Below the pieces are notes generated by a model, which saw only the letters and a list, made by a program, of their open reading frames with translations, was not told where the DNA came from and searched no databases. A DNA stretch of 40,273 nt. Source: a virus (taxonomy: Duplodnaviria > Heunggongvirae > Uroviricota > Caudoviricetes). Positions 8,807 through 18,055 of this stretch are shown here, one piece after another. Position 1 is the stretch's first letter. Every line of letters begins with the position of its first letter. A program made the position numbers and the translations under genes. The DNA lies in IMG/VR virus record IMGVR_UViG_3300023371_001771, positions 64,001 to 104,273 of that record, one strand, 5' to 3'.

Positions 8807-9043
8807 GTGGAACGCACAGTTAACGACATTCTAAATGATATTATAGAACCAATTGTAGGAGACACGCCAGTGTCAGTTCAACTAGCAACTGCGCTCAACG
8901 GTATGGCCAGCAAAGAAGATGTGGACGCTTTAAGGTCAGACCTTAAAGCGCTCTGTAAAGAAGTTGAAAAATTAACTGAGCTAGTTGGTGACATTTCTGT
9001 GTCAGAACAAATAAATATGGCAATTAACAAGTCTGAAAATTGA
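8807..9043 (+). CDS. Short coiled-coil fibre-like protein, 78 aa
   Basis: GTG 8807 follows GAGGTG. Carries two VGD.xVSxQ motifs that also occur in the longer fibre genes. Confidence 0.55.
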   Translation: MERTVNDILNDIIEPIVGDTPVSVQLATALNGMASKEDVDALRSDLKALCKEVEKLTELVGDISVSEQINMAINKSEN

Positions 9044-9093
9044 TGGCTTGTTTTTTTGAATTTGAAAATTGATAATTCAAAGGAGGACTTAAC

Positions 9094-9792
9094 ATGTCCG
9101 AAAAAATTTTTAATTCGAGAATTATTCATAAACATGATATTGAGGCGCATTGGCTGCTTGCGGTAAATTTCGTTCCCAAGCAGGGCGAAATCATTGTTTA
9201 TGATATAGATTCTGCACATAATTATGAAAGAGTAAAAATTGGTGACGGCAAAACCAATGTAAACGCGTTGCCATTTTATGCTGGTAGCTGGAATGATCTA
9301 TCTGATAGACCGTTTGGAGATTATGCAGATGGAGTTCATCAGCTCGACGCAAAATACATCCCATCAACAATCGCACGCTTAACCGATATACCAAGCACCG
9401 ACACAACCTTATCAGTTGCAGGCGCTCCCGCAGATGCCAAAACTATTGGTGACACAATTAGTTCGCTAGGAACTATCGTCGGTGCCGTTAATGGCAGAGT
9501 AGACGAAGTAAACACGCTTATTGGTGATACTTCGGTTAGCGACCAAATTAGCTCTGCGCTTGATAAAGCCACCGCAGATGACTTTGGTGTATACGTTCAA
9601 GACACTGAGCCAACTGATGCGGTTGCAGGTGACATTTGGGTTGATACCGCAAACGACCCTGCTTTTATTGAACCAAATCTACCAGAAGTCACCGCATCCG
9701 ATAATGGCAAGGTGCTCATGGTAGTGAATGGAAAATGGCAGGCTGTAAATCTCAATCTATCCATCGACGCTAATGGCGTTGTGTATATGTAA
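9094..9792 (+). CDS. Fibre protein with Mtd_N-like (hyaluronidase N-terminal type) head, 232 aa
   Basis: RIIHKHD..W...FVPKQGEIIVY...VKIGDGKTNVNALPF; near-empty KPFG/KYIP cassette; C-terminal EP....GDIWVDT. Confidence 0.65.
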   Translation: MSEKIFNSRIIHKHDIEAHWLLAVNFVPKQGEIIVYDIDSAHNYERVKIGDGKTNVNALPFYAGSWNDLSDRPFGDYADGVHQLDAKYIPSTIARLTDIPSTDTTLSVAGAPADAKTIGDTISSLGTIVGAVNGRVDEVNTLIGDTSVSDQISSALDKATADDFGVYVQDTEPTDAVAGDIWVDTANDPAFIEPNLPEVTASDNGKVLMVVNGKWQAVNLNLSIDANGVVYM

Positions 9793-9806
9793 GGAGGTGG
9801 GTTGAT

Positions 9807-10157
9807 ATGCCAGTATTAAAGATTAAAAAAACTGATGGAACTTGGCAAGAAGTTTGGGGCGCAATTGCTAACACTTCTGCGGCCAGCGCACCAAAGCTCA
9901 CTAGTGTAAAGATGTTGGCTAGTGCATGGGCTGGAACGAGCCAGCCTTATTCTCAAGTTGTTGCATGCAGCGGCGTAAACGCAAACAGTAAGCTTGACTT
10001 GCAGCCCACACCTGCGCAGATTGTTGCGCTACAGGATGCGGAAATTTCATTGATGTTAACCAACAACAATGGGGTTGTGACTGCATGGTCTATTGGCAAT
10101 AAACCTACTTCTGATTATACAATGGATGTGTTAATCACGGAGGTGGTTAATGTATGA
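9807..10157 (+). CDS. Small beta-rich virion protein, paralog of 11459-11770
   Basis: Shared W.G...PY.QVV...G....S..DL.P...Q...T..IG.KP..DYT..V.ITEV pattern. Confidence 0.6.
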   Translation: MPVLKIKKTDGTWQEVWGAIANTSAASAPKLTSVKMLASAWAGTSQPYSQVVACSGVNANSKLDLQPTPAQIVALQDAEISLMLTNNNGVVTAWSIGNKPTSDYTMDVLITEVVNV

Positions 10158-10624
10158 GCATTTATGGCAATGCAGTAGGCGGCACCGCACCTATTAAGAC
10201 GCTTATCATGACCGATGAAGACGGGAATGAAATCACTGGTGTAGTTACTGGATCTGAAGTAATATTTGACGCCACGCCAGCCGACGTTAGAATTGGAAAA
10301 AAGTTTGCCAGTAACGAAGGTATTCAGGTTGGTGAACTGGTTGTTTCATCAAGCTACGGATCTATAGTATTGTCTGCTAATAGTGAAGCAGCCATTCCGG
10401 CTCCAGAGTACGAATACAGCCATTTAATGGTTACAATATGCCGTTATGATACAAATGAGGAGCAAAGTGTAGTTCCCATGTATGTATCAGTTGGTGACGC
10501 AATGTATGATGCAATCAGTGGCACAAAGTTGTCTGACATTGCTGTTGACACAGAAAATGGGCAGATTAACTTGGGCATCACAGTAAACGAAGAATATGTG
10601 CTGAGATATTGCGTTATAGGTTAA
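10154..10624 (+). CDS. Hypothetical fibre-associated protein, 156 aa
   Basis: ATGA overlap with the previous gene. Confidence 0.55.
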   Translation: MSIYGNAVGGTAPIKTLIMTDEDGNEITGVVTGSEVIFDATPADVRIGKKFASNEGIQVGELVVSSSYGSIVLSANSEAAIPAPEYEYSHLMVTICRYDTNEEQSVVPMYVSVGDAMYDAISGTKLSDIAVDTENGQINLGITVNEEYVLRYCVIG

Positions 10625-10678
10625 TAATATTAATAACATAAAACTAATGATAAAACCTCGTAAAAGGAGGGAAAGAAA

Positions 10679-11401
10679 ATGGCACAATATGTAACGAAGA
10701 TTAAAACAGATGCAGGTGACTTGCAAATTGACTATAATGCGCTGGCCAACCTACCCGATGTTGTTACTAAAGAGTACGGCAATGATACCTATGTAACAAA
10801 AGAACTTGGTGCGGCCACATATGCTCCACGTGGTATGGTTTCTCAAACAGTAAGCTATGGCGCAGACGATGATGAAGATGCTATTCTTATGGAGCTGTTT
10901 GCGGCAACACCCAACAATACACAGAGAGTAGTTTATGCAGTAAATAATGGCTCTCCATGGTTTTGGACCATCGCAAAGACATCAGAAGACTATGGTTGTG
11001 TAATTGCATATAAGTATGGATATTGGGGTACGCCATTCATAAAGTATAAAAATATTTGGGGCGGAACTGTTGGTAGCGAATGGAGTGTTACAAATCCTGA
11101 AATGGAGCCAGGTGTTGAATATAGAACTACAGAATATTGGCGCGGTTATCCAGTATACACTAAATTAGTTGACTTTGGGGCGCTGCCAAAGAGCGCCAAA
11201 AAGTCTGTTTCTTATACAGATGTTAGCGTTCGTTCTGCTATTAGATGTTCTGCCACTACTTCTGCAGGAGATACCATTCCATTAAAGAACGGGAGTCAAG
11301 AATTAGCGATTTACGCATCTAATAAAAATATTCATATCACATCCAACTATGACGCAAGTAGTATGACTAGCTATGCGCAAGTGTGGTATGTTAAAAATTA
11401 A
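10679..11401 (+). CDS. Tail-fibre-like protein, 240 aa
   Basis: C-terminal GVEYRTTEYWRGYPVYTKLVDFGALP...VWYVK resembles phage fibre tip domains. Confidence 0.55.
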   Translation: MAQYVTKIKTDAGDLQIDYNALANLPDVVTKEYGNDTYVTKELGAATYAPRGMVSQTVSYGADDDEDAILMELFAATPNNTQRVVYAVNNGSPWFWTIAKTSEDYGCVIAYKYGYWGTPFIKYKNIWGGTVGSEWSVTNPEMEPGVEYRTTEYWRGYPVYTKLVDFGALPKSAKKSVSYTDVSVRSAIRCSATTSAGDTIPLKNGSQELAIYASNKNIHITSNYDASSMTSYAQVWYVKN

Positions 11402-11409
11402 TAATACGT

Positions 11410-11442
11410 AGGAGTCAACTATCCCTTGGCTCCTTTTAATTT
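11410..11442 (+). terminator. Intrinsic terminator-like hairpin
   Basis: AGGAGTCAA-CTATCCC-TTGGCTCCT followed by TTTAATTT. Confidence 0.5.
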
Positions 11443-11458
11443 AAAAGGAGGGATATAA

Positions 11459-11770
11459 ATGGCAACAAAACGAGTTCAAATTATTGGTTCTCTGCTTAAG
11501 CCTAGTGCAAAAATATCTAATGTAGAGCTGTTGTCGGCAAACTGGATGGGTGATGCAAGCCCATATTATCAGGTAGTTGATGTCGAAGGTGCGACACCAT
11601 GTAGCCAGGTTGACTTGACTCCTAGCATTGAGCAGTTGAATATTTTCTACGAAAAAGATTTGAGTTTTGTAACCGAAAATGAAGATGGTATTGTAACTGT
11701 ATATGCAATTGGTCAAAAGCCAGAGAATGATTACACTATTCAAGTCACCATTACGGAGGTGAGCTCATGA
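11459..11770 (+). CDS. Small beta-rich virion protein, paralog of 9807-10157
   Basis: Same motif pattern as 9807-10157; SD AGGAGG. Confidence 0.6.
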   Translation: MATKRVQIIGSLLKPSAKISNVELLSANWMGDASPYYQVVDVEGATPCSQVDLTPSIEQLNIFYEKDLSFVTENEDGIVTVYAIGQKPENDYTIQVTITEVSS

Positions 11771-12414
11771 GCAAGATTATTGGCGTGACTGTTGGAACAC
11801 CATTGCCTAAGCCAAATTTTAAACAAACTGACCCCACCAAGGGTGATTATATTAAAAATAAACCCATATTATCTACAGTTGCTACTTCTGGTTCTTGGGG
11901 CGATCTCAAGGATAAGCCGTTCGGTGAAGAGGGTTGGACTATTGAGTGGGACGGCGATATAACCGACAAGGAAACTGTGACTTTGGACGGGCTGGAGCTT
12001 GTGCGCGTTTCTGACAACACGATTGCGCTTTCCGATGTACTGGGTAGCGTGGTGAGTTATGAGATTTCATACGATGGTGTTGAAACAAGAACATTCTGTG
12101 TCACCGAGGATTGTGTTGCTGACGGCGAAGGATTGATGTTTGCAATTACACACACAGGCTCTGATACTGGTGTTCCGATTGTTATAATTTGCAATCAAGA
12201 CTTGGGAGAGTATGGCATATCAATGCGTGAGGGCGTATATTTCGCAAACAAATTTGTGCATGCGCGTTCTATTTCCAGTACAACCATCAAGACCATCGAC
12301 GAAACCTACATCCCAGACACAATTGCTCGCGCATCAGATGTTGAAGCGAACACTTCTGAGATAAATGCATTCACTCCTATCACTTATGCTGAAATTGAAG
12401 CGCTTTTCGATTAA
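11767..12414 (+). CDS. Cassette-type fibre protein, 215 aa
   Basis: SWGDLKDKPFG-[122 aa]-TIDETYIPDTIAR; ends ITYAEIEALFD. Confidence 0.6.
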   Translation: MSKIIGVTVGTPLPKPNFKQTDPTKGDYIKNKPILSTVATSGSWGDLKDKPFGEEGWTIEWDGDITDKETVTLDGLELVRVSDNTIALSDVLGSVVSYEISYDGVETRTFCVTEDCVADGEGLMFAITHTGSDTGVPIVIICNQDLGEYGISMREGVYFANKFVHARSISSTTIKTIDETYIPDTIARASDVEANTSEINAFTPITYAEIEALFD

Positions 12415-12526
12415 TTAAATAATCAACAAATGCATGTAGGCCATTAATTTAGCCTATTTTTTATAGACATATATTATATTTATTTTTATATTATTTAAAA
12501 TTTAAATAGCAAAGGAGAAATTTATT

Positions 12527-14458
12527 ATGGCTGAAATTAAAAAGTATTTATCTCTTGATAGACTGGCACAGTACGATGCTCTAATCAAAGCAAAGATTGA
12601 TAATGATATTTCTGGCGTAAATGCTTCTATTTCTGATATTACATCTGGTTCTACAGTAGTAAAGAAGGCTGAAGAAGCTACTTCTGCAACAAAGGCAACT
12701 CAGGATGCTTCTGGCAATGTAATTACTGATACATATGAAACCAAAACTGATGCTCAAGCAAAATTAGATGAAGCAAAAGGCTATACTGATACTGCCGAAG
12801 CTAATGCCAAGGCGTATGCAGACGGCAAGGACGCTGCTATTCAGGCCGCTCAAAAGGCTGGCGATGATGCTGCTGCTGCCGCTGGTGTTGCCGATGGTAA
12901 AGCTGTTAAGGCTCAGGGTGATGTTGACACTTTGAAGGGCTACGTCGGCACTATTCCTGCTGATGCAACTGCAACAAACGTTGTCGCTTATGTTCAGGAG
13001 AAGACTGCTGGCATCGCATCTGAAAGTGCAATGATTGAGTTGGGCAATCGTGTTGGTGTTGTTGAGGGCAAAGTTGCTACTATTGAAGGCGATTATTTAA
13101 AGGCTGCTGACAAAACCGAACTTCAGAATGCTATCGACGCTAAGGTTGCTCAGACCGATTATGACACTAAGATGGGTCAAATTGACGAGAAAACTGAGAG
13201 CTTGCAGACTCAGATTAATACTATTATGAACAACCCTGATGCTGAGGGTGCTATTAACTCTATTAATGAGTTTACTAAGTATGTTGAAGATCATGGCACT
13301 ATCGCTGACGGTTTCCGCGCTGATATTGACAAGAACAAGGATGATATTGCTGCTGAAGTGAAGAGAGCTGGCGAAGCTGAGACTGCTTTGTCTGGTCGTT
13401 TAGACACCTTGGAAGCTATCAATCATGATGCATATATTGCCGCCGACGAAGCTATGAAGAATGAGCTTGATGGCGATATTGCCGATCTTGCTGCTGCTAT
13501 TGAAGCTGCTAAGACAGATGCTGCCAATAAGGATGCCGTTGTTCTTGCTGAAGCCCAGAAAGCCACTCAAAAGGCTGCTGTTGCTGCTCAAATTAAATTT
13601 AACGAATTGAATGAAAAAATTGTGCAGAGCGACTGGTCTGTAAATGACGAGAGTGATTCTGCTTATATTAAAGGCAGAACCCATTGGGTTGAAGAAGGGT
13701 CTTATGAAGTCAGTGGAACTTTTGATGGTGATATTAGTTCTAAGACGTACATGAAGGAGCTTGGTGGTGCAAATAAGGGCTATGTTCGATTAACAAGTGA
13801 TACTATAACAAATTTTGATAATTTTATAGATGGTGAAATTATTCTTTATGATGAAAAAAATGATACCGATTATCGTTATAGTGTAGATATTGTTAAAATA
13901 AATAATGATATAAGTGCCACGGATAGAGTCGTTGCTGGCACTGTTTATGGTTTCGCTTCTAGTGATGGAGATATAATTATCGCAACAGAAGGCAGCGCTG
14001 GACTTGTAACAGTTTATGCTGGTGGTAGACAAGGGATGCGTGTCCCGCTAACAGGCCCTGGCATTTGGGTATGGTACGACAATAGCGGCACCAATTTAGT
14101 TAAGATGGAATATATTTCTAGTTATAGTTTCAGATTTGCAGATGAAGTGGCTCATCCATTAGATGAAAAATTTATCCCAGATTCTATTGCGCGTGAGTCT
14201 GATATTGAAGCTCTTGAGAGTGCCGACAATGCTCTATCTGGACGTTTGGATGCTCTGGAAGCTATTGATCATAGCCATAGTAATAAGACTATTCTGGATA
14301 GTATTACTGCCGAAAATATTACCACTTGGAACACTGTTACTTCTAAGGCTGCACAAGCAGATTTAACTGCTGTTGGCGACAGAGTTACTGCAATTGAGAC
14401 TTGGCGTGATAATTTCGTTGAAATTTCTGAGGAAGAAATTAACGGCATGTTCGCCTAA
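12527..14458 (+). CDS. Ala-rich coiled-coil fibre with inserted globular cassette, 643 aa
   Basis: Heptad-like Ala/Asp/Glu/Lys-rich stalk; QSDW..ND..AYIK-[156 aa]-PLDEKFIPDSIAR; begins KKYLSLDRL and ends EISEEEINGMFA. Confidence 0.65.
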   Translation: MAEIKKYLSLDRLAQYDALIKAKIDNDISGVNASISDITSGSTVVKKAEEATSATKATQDASGNVITDTYETKTDAQAKLDEAKGYTDTAEANAKAYADGKDAAIQAAQKAGDDAAAAAGVADGKAVKAQGDVDTLKGYVGTIPADATATNVVAYVQEKTAGIASESAMIELGNRVGVVEGKVATIEGDYLKAADKTELQNAIDAKVAQTDYDTKMGQIDEKTESLQTQINTIMNNPDAEGAINSINEFTKYVEDHGTIADGFRADIDKNKDDIAAEVKRAGEAETALSGRLDTLEAINHDAYIAADEAMKNELDGDIADLAAAIEAAKTDAANKDAVVLAEAQKATQKAAVAAQIKFNELNEKIVQSDWSVNDESDSAYIKGRTHWVEEGSYEVSGTFDGDISSKTYMKELGGANKGYVRLTSDTITNFDNFIDGEIILYDEKNDTDYRYSVDIVKINNDISATDRVVAGTVYGFASSDGDIIIATEGSAGLVTVYAGGRQGMRVPLTGPGIWVWYDNSGTNLVKMEYISSYSFRFADEVAHPLDEKFIPDSIARESDIEALESADNALSGRLDALEAIDHSHSNKTILDSITAENITTWNTVTSKAAQADLTAVGDRVTAIETWRDNFVEISEEEINGMFA

Positions 14459-14486
14459 TTTAAAGTCGTTTGATTAATAATATGTA

Positions 14487-14517
14487 GAAAGACCCTTTAA
14501 TTAGGGTCTTTCGTTTT
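14487..14517 (+). terminator. Intrinsic terminator
   Basis: GAAAGACCCT-TTAATT-AGGGTCTTTC followed by GTTTT. Confidence 0.75.
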
Positions 14518-14537
14518 AAATTAGAAGGAGAAATTTT

Positions 14538-15908
14538 ATGGCAAAGATTGATATTACCTTTAATAATAAAAATTACTCTATTCACGAATCCTCTCTTTCT
14601 GACGTTTCTGACGCTTTAAAGTCTCACTTATCCACTACCATGAGTGGTTCTGGTGCAATGATTAATCTTGGTGGAGATTCTTATAGTGTTGATTCTGAAA
14701 AGTTATCTGCTGCTACTAATGCTTTTGTTTCACATTTAGGCACTATTACTGGTAGTAGTTCTAAGGTTGTCGTTGGTGAAAATGAGTATGGCATTGATTA
14801 TAATAAGGTCAATGAGGCGATTTTGGAATTGGAAACTGTTTTAAGCAATTTACATAATTCTGACAGTCCTGATATTCCGATTGCTAAAAATGTTGTGTTA
14901 GAAGTTAATAAAATAACAGATACTACCTATGTAGATGATACTGCTTATAACGACGAAGAATTTATTTTGCTTAATATCTATCCAAAAACGAATGGTATGA
15001 TTTTTATCACCTATGGTGATTTGACCAAAGTCATTATAGATACAAGTGGGGCAGCAGAGCCAGCTAAACAGCAAGTTTTCTTTGGTACTTTTAATGGCGT
15101 ATCTGACTCTGTAACAACACCTTCTAGTGGCATATTGACGATTGAGGGCGATTATAGAGATTTTGGTGTAGGATCATATGATACTAAGCATAATTTTAAT
15201 TTTTATAATGGCATAACTGCTGTTCATGATTTTGGAAATGTTACTAGTCTTGATCGTACATTCTGGGGCTGTACAAATCTTACAAGCATAACTATTCCTA
15301 ATAGCATTACCAGTATTGGTTATAGCGCATTCCAAAATACAGGTCTTACAAGTGTTATTATCCCCGATAGCGTTATTAGTCTTGGTGATAATGCGTTTAG
15401 AGATTGTGTAAATCTTACAAGCGTTACTATTCCCAATAGTGTTACTGATTTAGGTAATAATACGTTCTGGGGCTGCACAAGCCTTACGAATATCACTATT
15501 CCCAATAGCGTTACTAGTATTAAACATTATGTATTCCATGAATGTACGGGTCTTACAAATGTAATTATTCCTGATAGTGTCGTTCACATTGGTCAGGAAG
15601 CGTTCTATGGCTGTACAAGCCTTATGAATATTACTATTCCCAATAGTGTTACTGACATTTCTGGTAGCGCATTCCAAAATACAGGTCTTACAAGTATTAC
15701 CATTCCTGATAGTGTCGTTCACATTGGCATGGAAACATTCTCTAATTGTACAAATCTTACAAGTGTTAGTTTTGACAATACAGATGGTTGGTTCGTTTCA
15801 AAACATAGTACTGCCACGAGTGGCACACCTATAGATGTAACAGATCCTGTTGCGAATGTGACACTGTTAACTGACACTTATAGCAATTATTATTGGAAAC
15901 GAGCTTAG
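14538..15908 (+). CDS. BspA-type (LRR_5) leucine-rich repeat protein, 456 aa
   Basis: About 8 repeats of (V/I)T(S/D)IG..AF..CT.LT(S/N)ITIP(N/D)S. Confidence 0.85.
   Translation: MAKIDITFNNKNYSIHESSLSDVSDALKSHLSTTMSGSGAMINLGGDSYSVDSEKLSAATNAFVSHLGTITGSSSKVVVGENEYGIDYNKVNEAILELETVLSNLHNSDSPDIPIAKNVVLEVNKITDTTYVDDTAYNDEEFILLNIYPKTNGMIFITYGDLTKVIIDTSGAAEPAKQQVFFGTFNGVSDSVTTPSSGILTIEGDYRDFGVGSYDTKHNFNFYNGITAVHDFGNVTSLDRTFWGCTNLTSITIPNSITSIGYSAFQNTGLTSVIIPDSVISLGDNAFRDCVNLTSVTIPNSVTDLGNNTFWGCTSLTNITIPNSVTSIKHYVFHECTGLTNVIIPDSVVHIGQEAFYGCTSLMNITIPNSVTDISGSAFQNTGLTSITIPDSVVHIGMETFSNCTNLTSVSFDNTDGWFVSKHSTATSGTPIDVTDPVANVTLLTDTYSNYYWKRA
15323..15727 (+). repeat. Exact intragenic repeats in the BspA gene
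   Basis: 31-nt TAGCGCATTCCAAAATACAGGTCTTACAAGT at 15323 and 15665; 26-nt ATTCCTGATAGTGTCGTTCACATTGG at 15567 and 15702. Confidence 0.9.
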
Positions 15909-16094
15909 AACTAAATAAAAATTACTAAATACAAGAGGGGATTTTGCTATCCCCTCTAAATGAGCATTCTATTAGAAATATTTCTAAAGAAAATCTTAAT
16001 CACATATTTAATTAGTACTCATGTATAATGCGCAAATACATGGCTATTAGTTAACTAAGCTGACAAATTATAAATTTTGAAAGGAGATTTCAAA

Positions 16095-16796
16095 ATGCCT
16101 GATTCAATTAAAAAATATTTGTCTCTTGATAGATTGAAAAAATATGACGAGTTGATCAAGACAAAGATTGACAGTGATATTGCCAATCATAAGCATAGCT
16201 GGAATGAGTTGAACGATAAGCCGTTCGGCGAGGAAAGTATTGAGCGCATCGAAATTGATATGATGGGACAGACTATAGGATTCTTGAAAGTTTCGGACAA
16301 TACTGAGCTCGCTGTATCTCCTGCGGCTGATGGTATGGCAAAAGTTTGGCGTACTATATCAGAAGTTTCTGACTTTAATAACGCACCGTGGGTGTTGGTA
16401 GATGATAAAGTCGCTGCAATTTCTGAACTGATGGTACTTGTATTTTTTGAAGATGTTGAGAATTACGAAGTGGAAGAAATCGTCTTTAATGCAACAAAAG
16501 GCGTATACTTCATGGACACTAGGGCACTGGGCTATGAAGCCTTTTTATCTGGATTTGCAAGCGATTCTAAAGCTACTGAACCTGAAATCACTTGGGATGG
16601 TAATGATTCATATATTAAGCAGCTTGATGAAAAGTATATTCCAGATACCATCGCTCGCGTAGAAGACATTCCAGAGATCGAAGTCGCTACAGACGAAGAA
16701 GTAATTACAATGCTAATGGAACTAGATATGCTCCCAACATTCGTTGATAGCGAAGGAGCTCTATTAATTGATAACAATGGTTCAATTCCAATTTAA
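16095..16796 (+). CDS. Cassette-type fibre protein, 233 aa
   Basis: ATG 16095 follows AGGAG. KKYLSLDRL N-terminus as in 12527; SWNELNDKPFG-[130 aa]-QLDEKYIPDTIAR. Confidence 0.6.
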   Translation: MPDSIKKYLSLDRLKKYDELIKTKIDSDIANHKHSWNELNDKPFGEESIERIEIDMMGQTIGFLKVSDNTELAVSPAADGMAKVWRTISEVSDFNNAPWVLVDDKVAAISELMVLVFFEDVENYEVEEIVFNATKGVYFMDTRALGYEAFLSGFASDSKATEPEITWDGNDSYIKQLDEKYIPDTIARVEDIPEIEVATDEEVITMLMELDMLPTFVDSEGALLIDNNGSIPI

Positions 16797-16808
16797 GGAG
16801 GAACTTAT

Positions 16809-17993
16809 ATGACAAACATTAATTTAAAAAATATTGCAAATATTCCTGTTGTAGAAAGCATGAGTGATAATACTCATTTACTTGCGGAGCAGGAAGGAAA
16901 TTATGTAAGAGTACCAAAAAATAGTGTTAATGGTGGTGGCTCTGACATCCCAATGTCGCGTGGACTTAAAAAAGTTGTCTATAACGGCAATAAGGACGAT
17001 TATGAAATAGTTGATATGGATGAAATGTGCTTTGTACGTGTCATGGAAGACGTTATTTCTGAAGACGATCTAATTGGTGGAAAATGTACATATTTTTGGA
17101 TAATAGAAAGTAATACAAAAAAAATTACTGATGAAATGATTTTTGTAGCATCAGAAAATATTGTAGGCGTCGATGTTGCAGGCACGCTTATAATTCTCTT
17201 ATGCTCACAAGATGGTAGTACCTATAACGACTTAACATTCAATAAAGGTGTATATGTTACAGACAATGGCAGTGATAAAGTTATTCAATCATTTGAATAT
17301 TATGGAGAAGTAATTAGCCAAGATATCCTTCCGCGAGATATTGTTTGTGACTGGTCAAATATAACTAATAAACCATTTGGTGAAACACCAATCGAAATTG
17401 TATCTGAATTTGAATGTGAATTTTCAGATAGTTATCCATATAGCAACATTACATCAATTCCTCCATTTACTATTGAAGATAAAAAGAAATATACCGTTAT
17501 ATGGGATGGAGAAACTTATACCTGTACAGCAGACATTAATTGTTTTGGAGATGCTAGTTGTCAAATTGCACAAGTACAACCATCAGAAGAGCCATTTTAT
17601 ATGCTAATGAACGAATATGGTGAAATAGAAATATATGCAGAATCTCCAGGAATGCATACTATAACCATTTATGGCGAAGAAACATATACTATTGATCCCA
17701 GGTATCTTCCACCTGAGGCGGGTTGCAGTGCGTTAAATGTTGTGGTTGAAATGTATAATTCTGATTATATATGTGACACCACTCGCGAGGCTATTGCAAA
17801 CGCACTCAACTCCAGAAAGCCAGTATATATTACGCTTGTAGATTTTAATATTGGATCTGGTATTGTAATGCAAATGTACCCATTAAAAAGGTTGGTATTT
17901 GAAGAAAACGGCAATATTAATATGGAGTTTGAGGGCGACCATCGTATTACATATAACACGGACGAAATGATTTTTGAAACCATACCTTCTTAA
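16809..17993 (+). CDS. Multi-domain fibre-like protein, 394 aa
   Basis: DWSNITNKPFG-[102 aa 'GEPF' domain]-TIDPRYLP. Confidence 0.6.
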   Translation: MTNINLKNIANIPVVESMSDNTHLLAEQEGNYVRVPKNSVNGGGSDIPMSRGLKKVVYNGNKDDYEIVDMDEMCFVRVMEDVISEDDLIGGKCTYFWIIESNTKKITDEMIFVASENIVGVDVAGTLIILLCSQDGSTYNDLTFNKGVYVTDNGSDKVIQSFEYYGEVISQDILPRDIVCDWSNITNKPFGETPIEIVSEFECEFSDSYPYSNITSIPPFTIEDKKKYTVIWDGETYTCTADINCFGDASCQIAQVQPSEEPFYMLMNEYGEIEIYAESPGMHTITIYGEETYTIDPRYLPPEAGCSALNVVVEMYNSDYICDTTREAIANALNSRKPVYITLVDFNIGSGIVMQMYPLKRLVFEENGNINMEFEGDHRITYNTDEMIFETIPS

Positions 17994-18000
17994 TACATAT

Positions 18001-18031
18001 AAAGGCGGTAGTTTAATTCTACCGCCTTTTT
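18001..18031 (+). terminator. Intrinsic terminator
   Basis: AAAGGCGGTAG-TTTAATT-CTACCGCCTTT followed by TT. Confidence 0.75.
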
Positions 18032-18055
18032 AACTAAATAACATGAGGTGATTAA

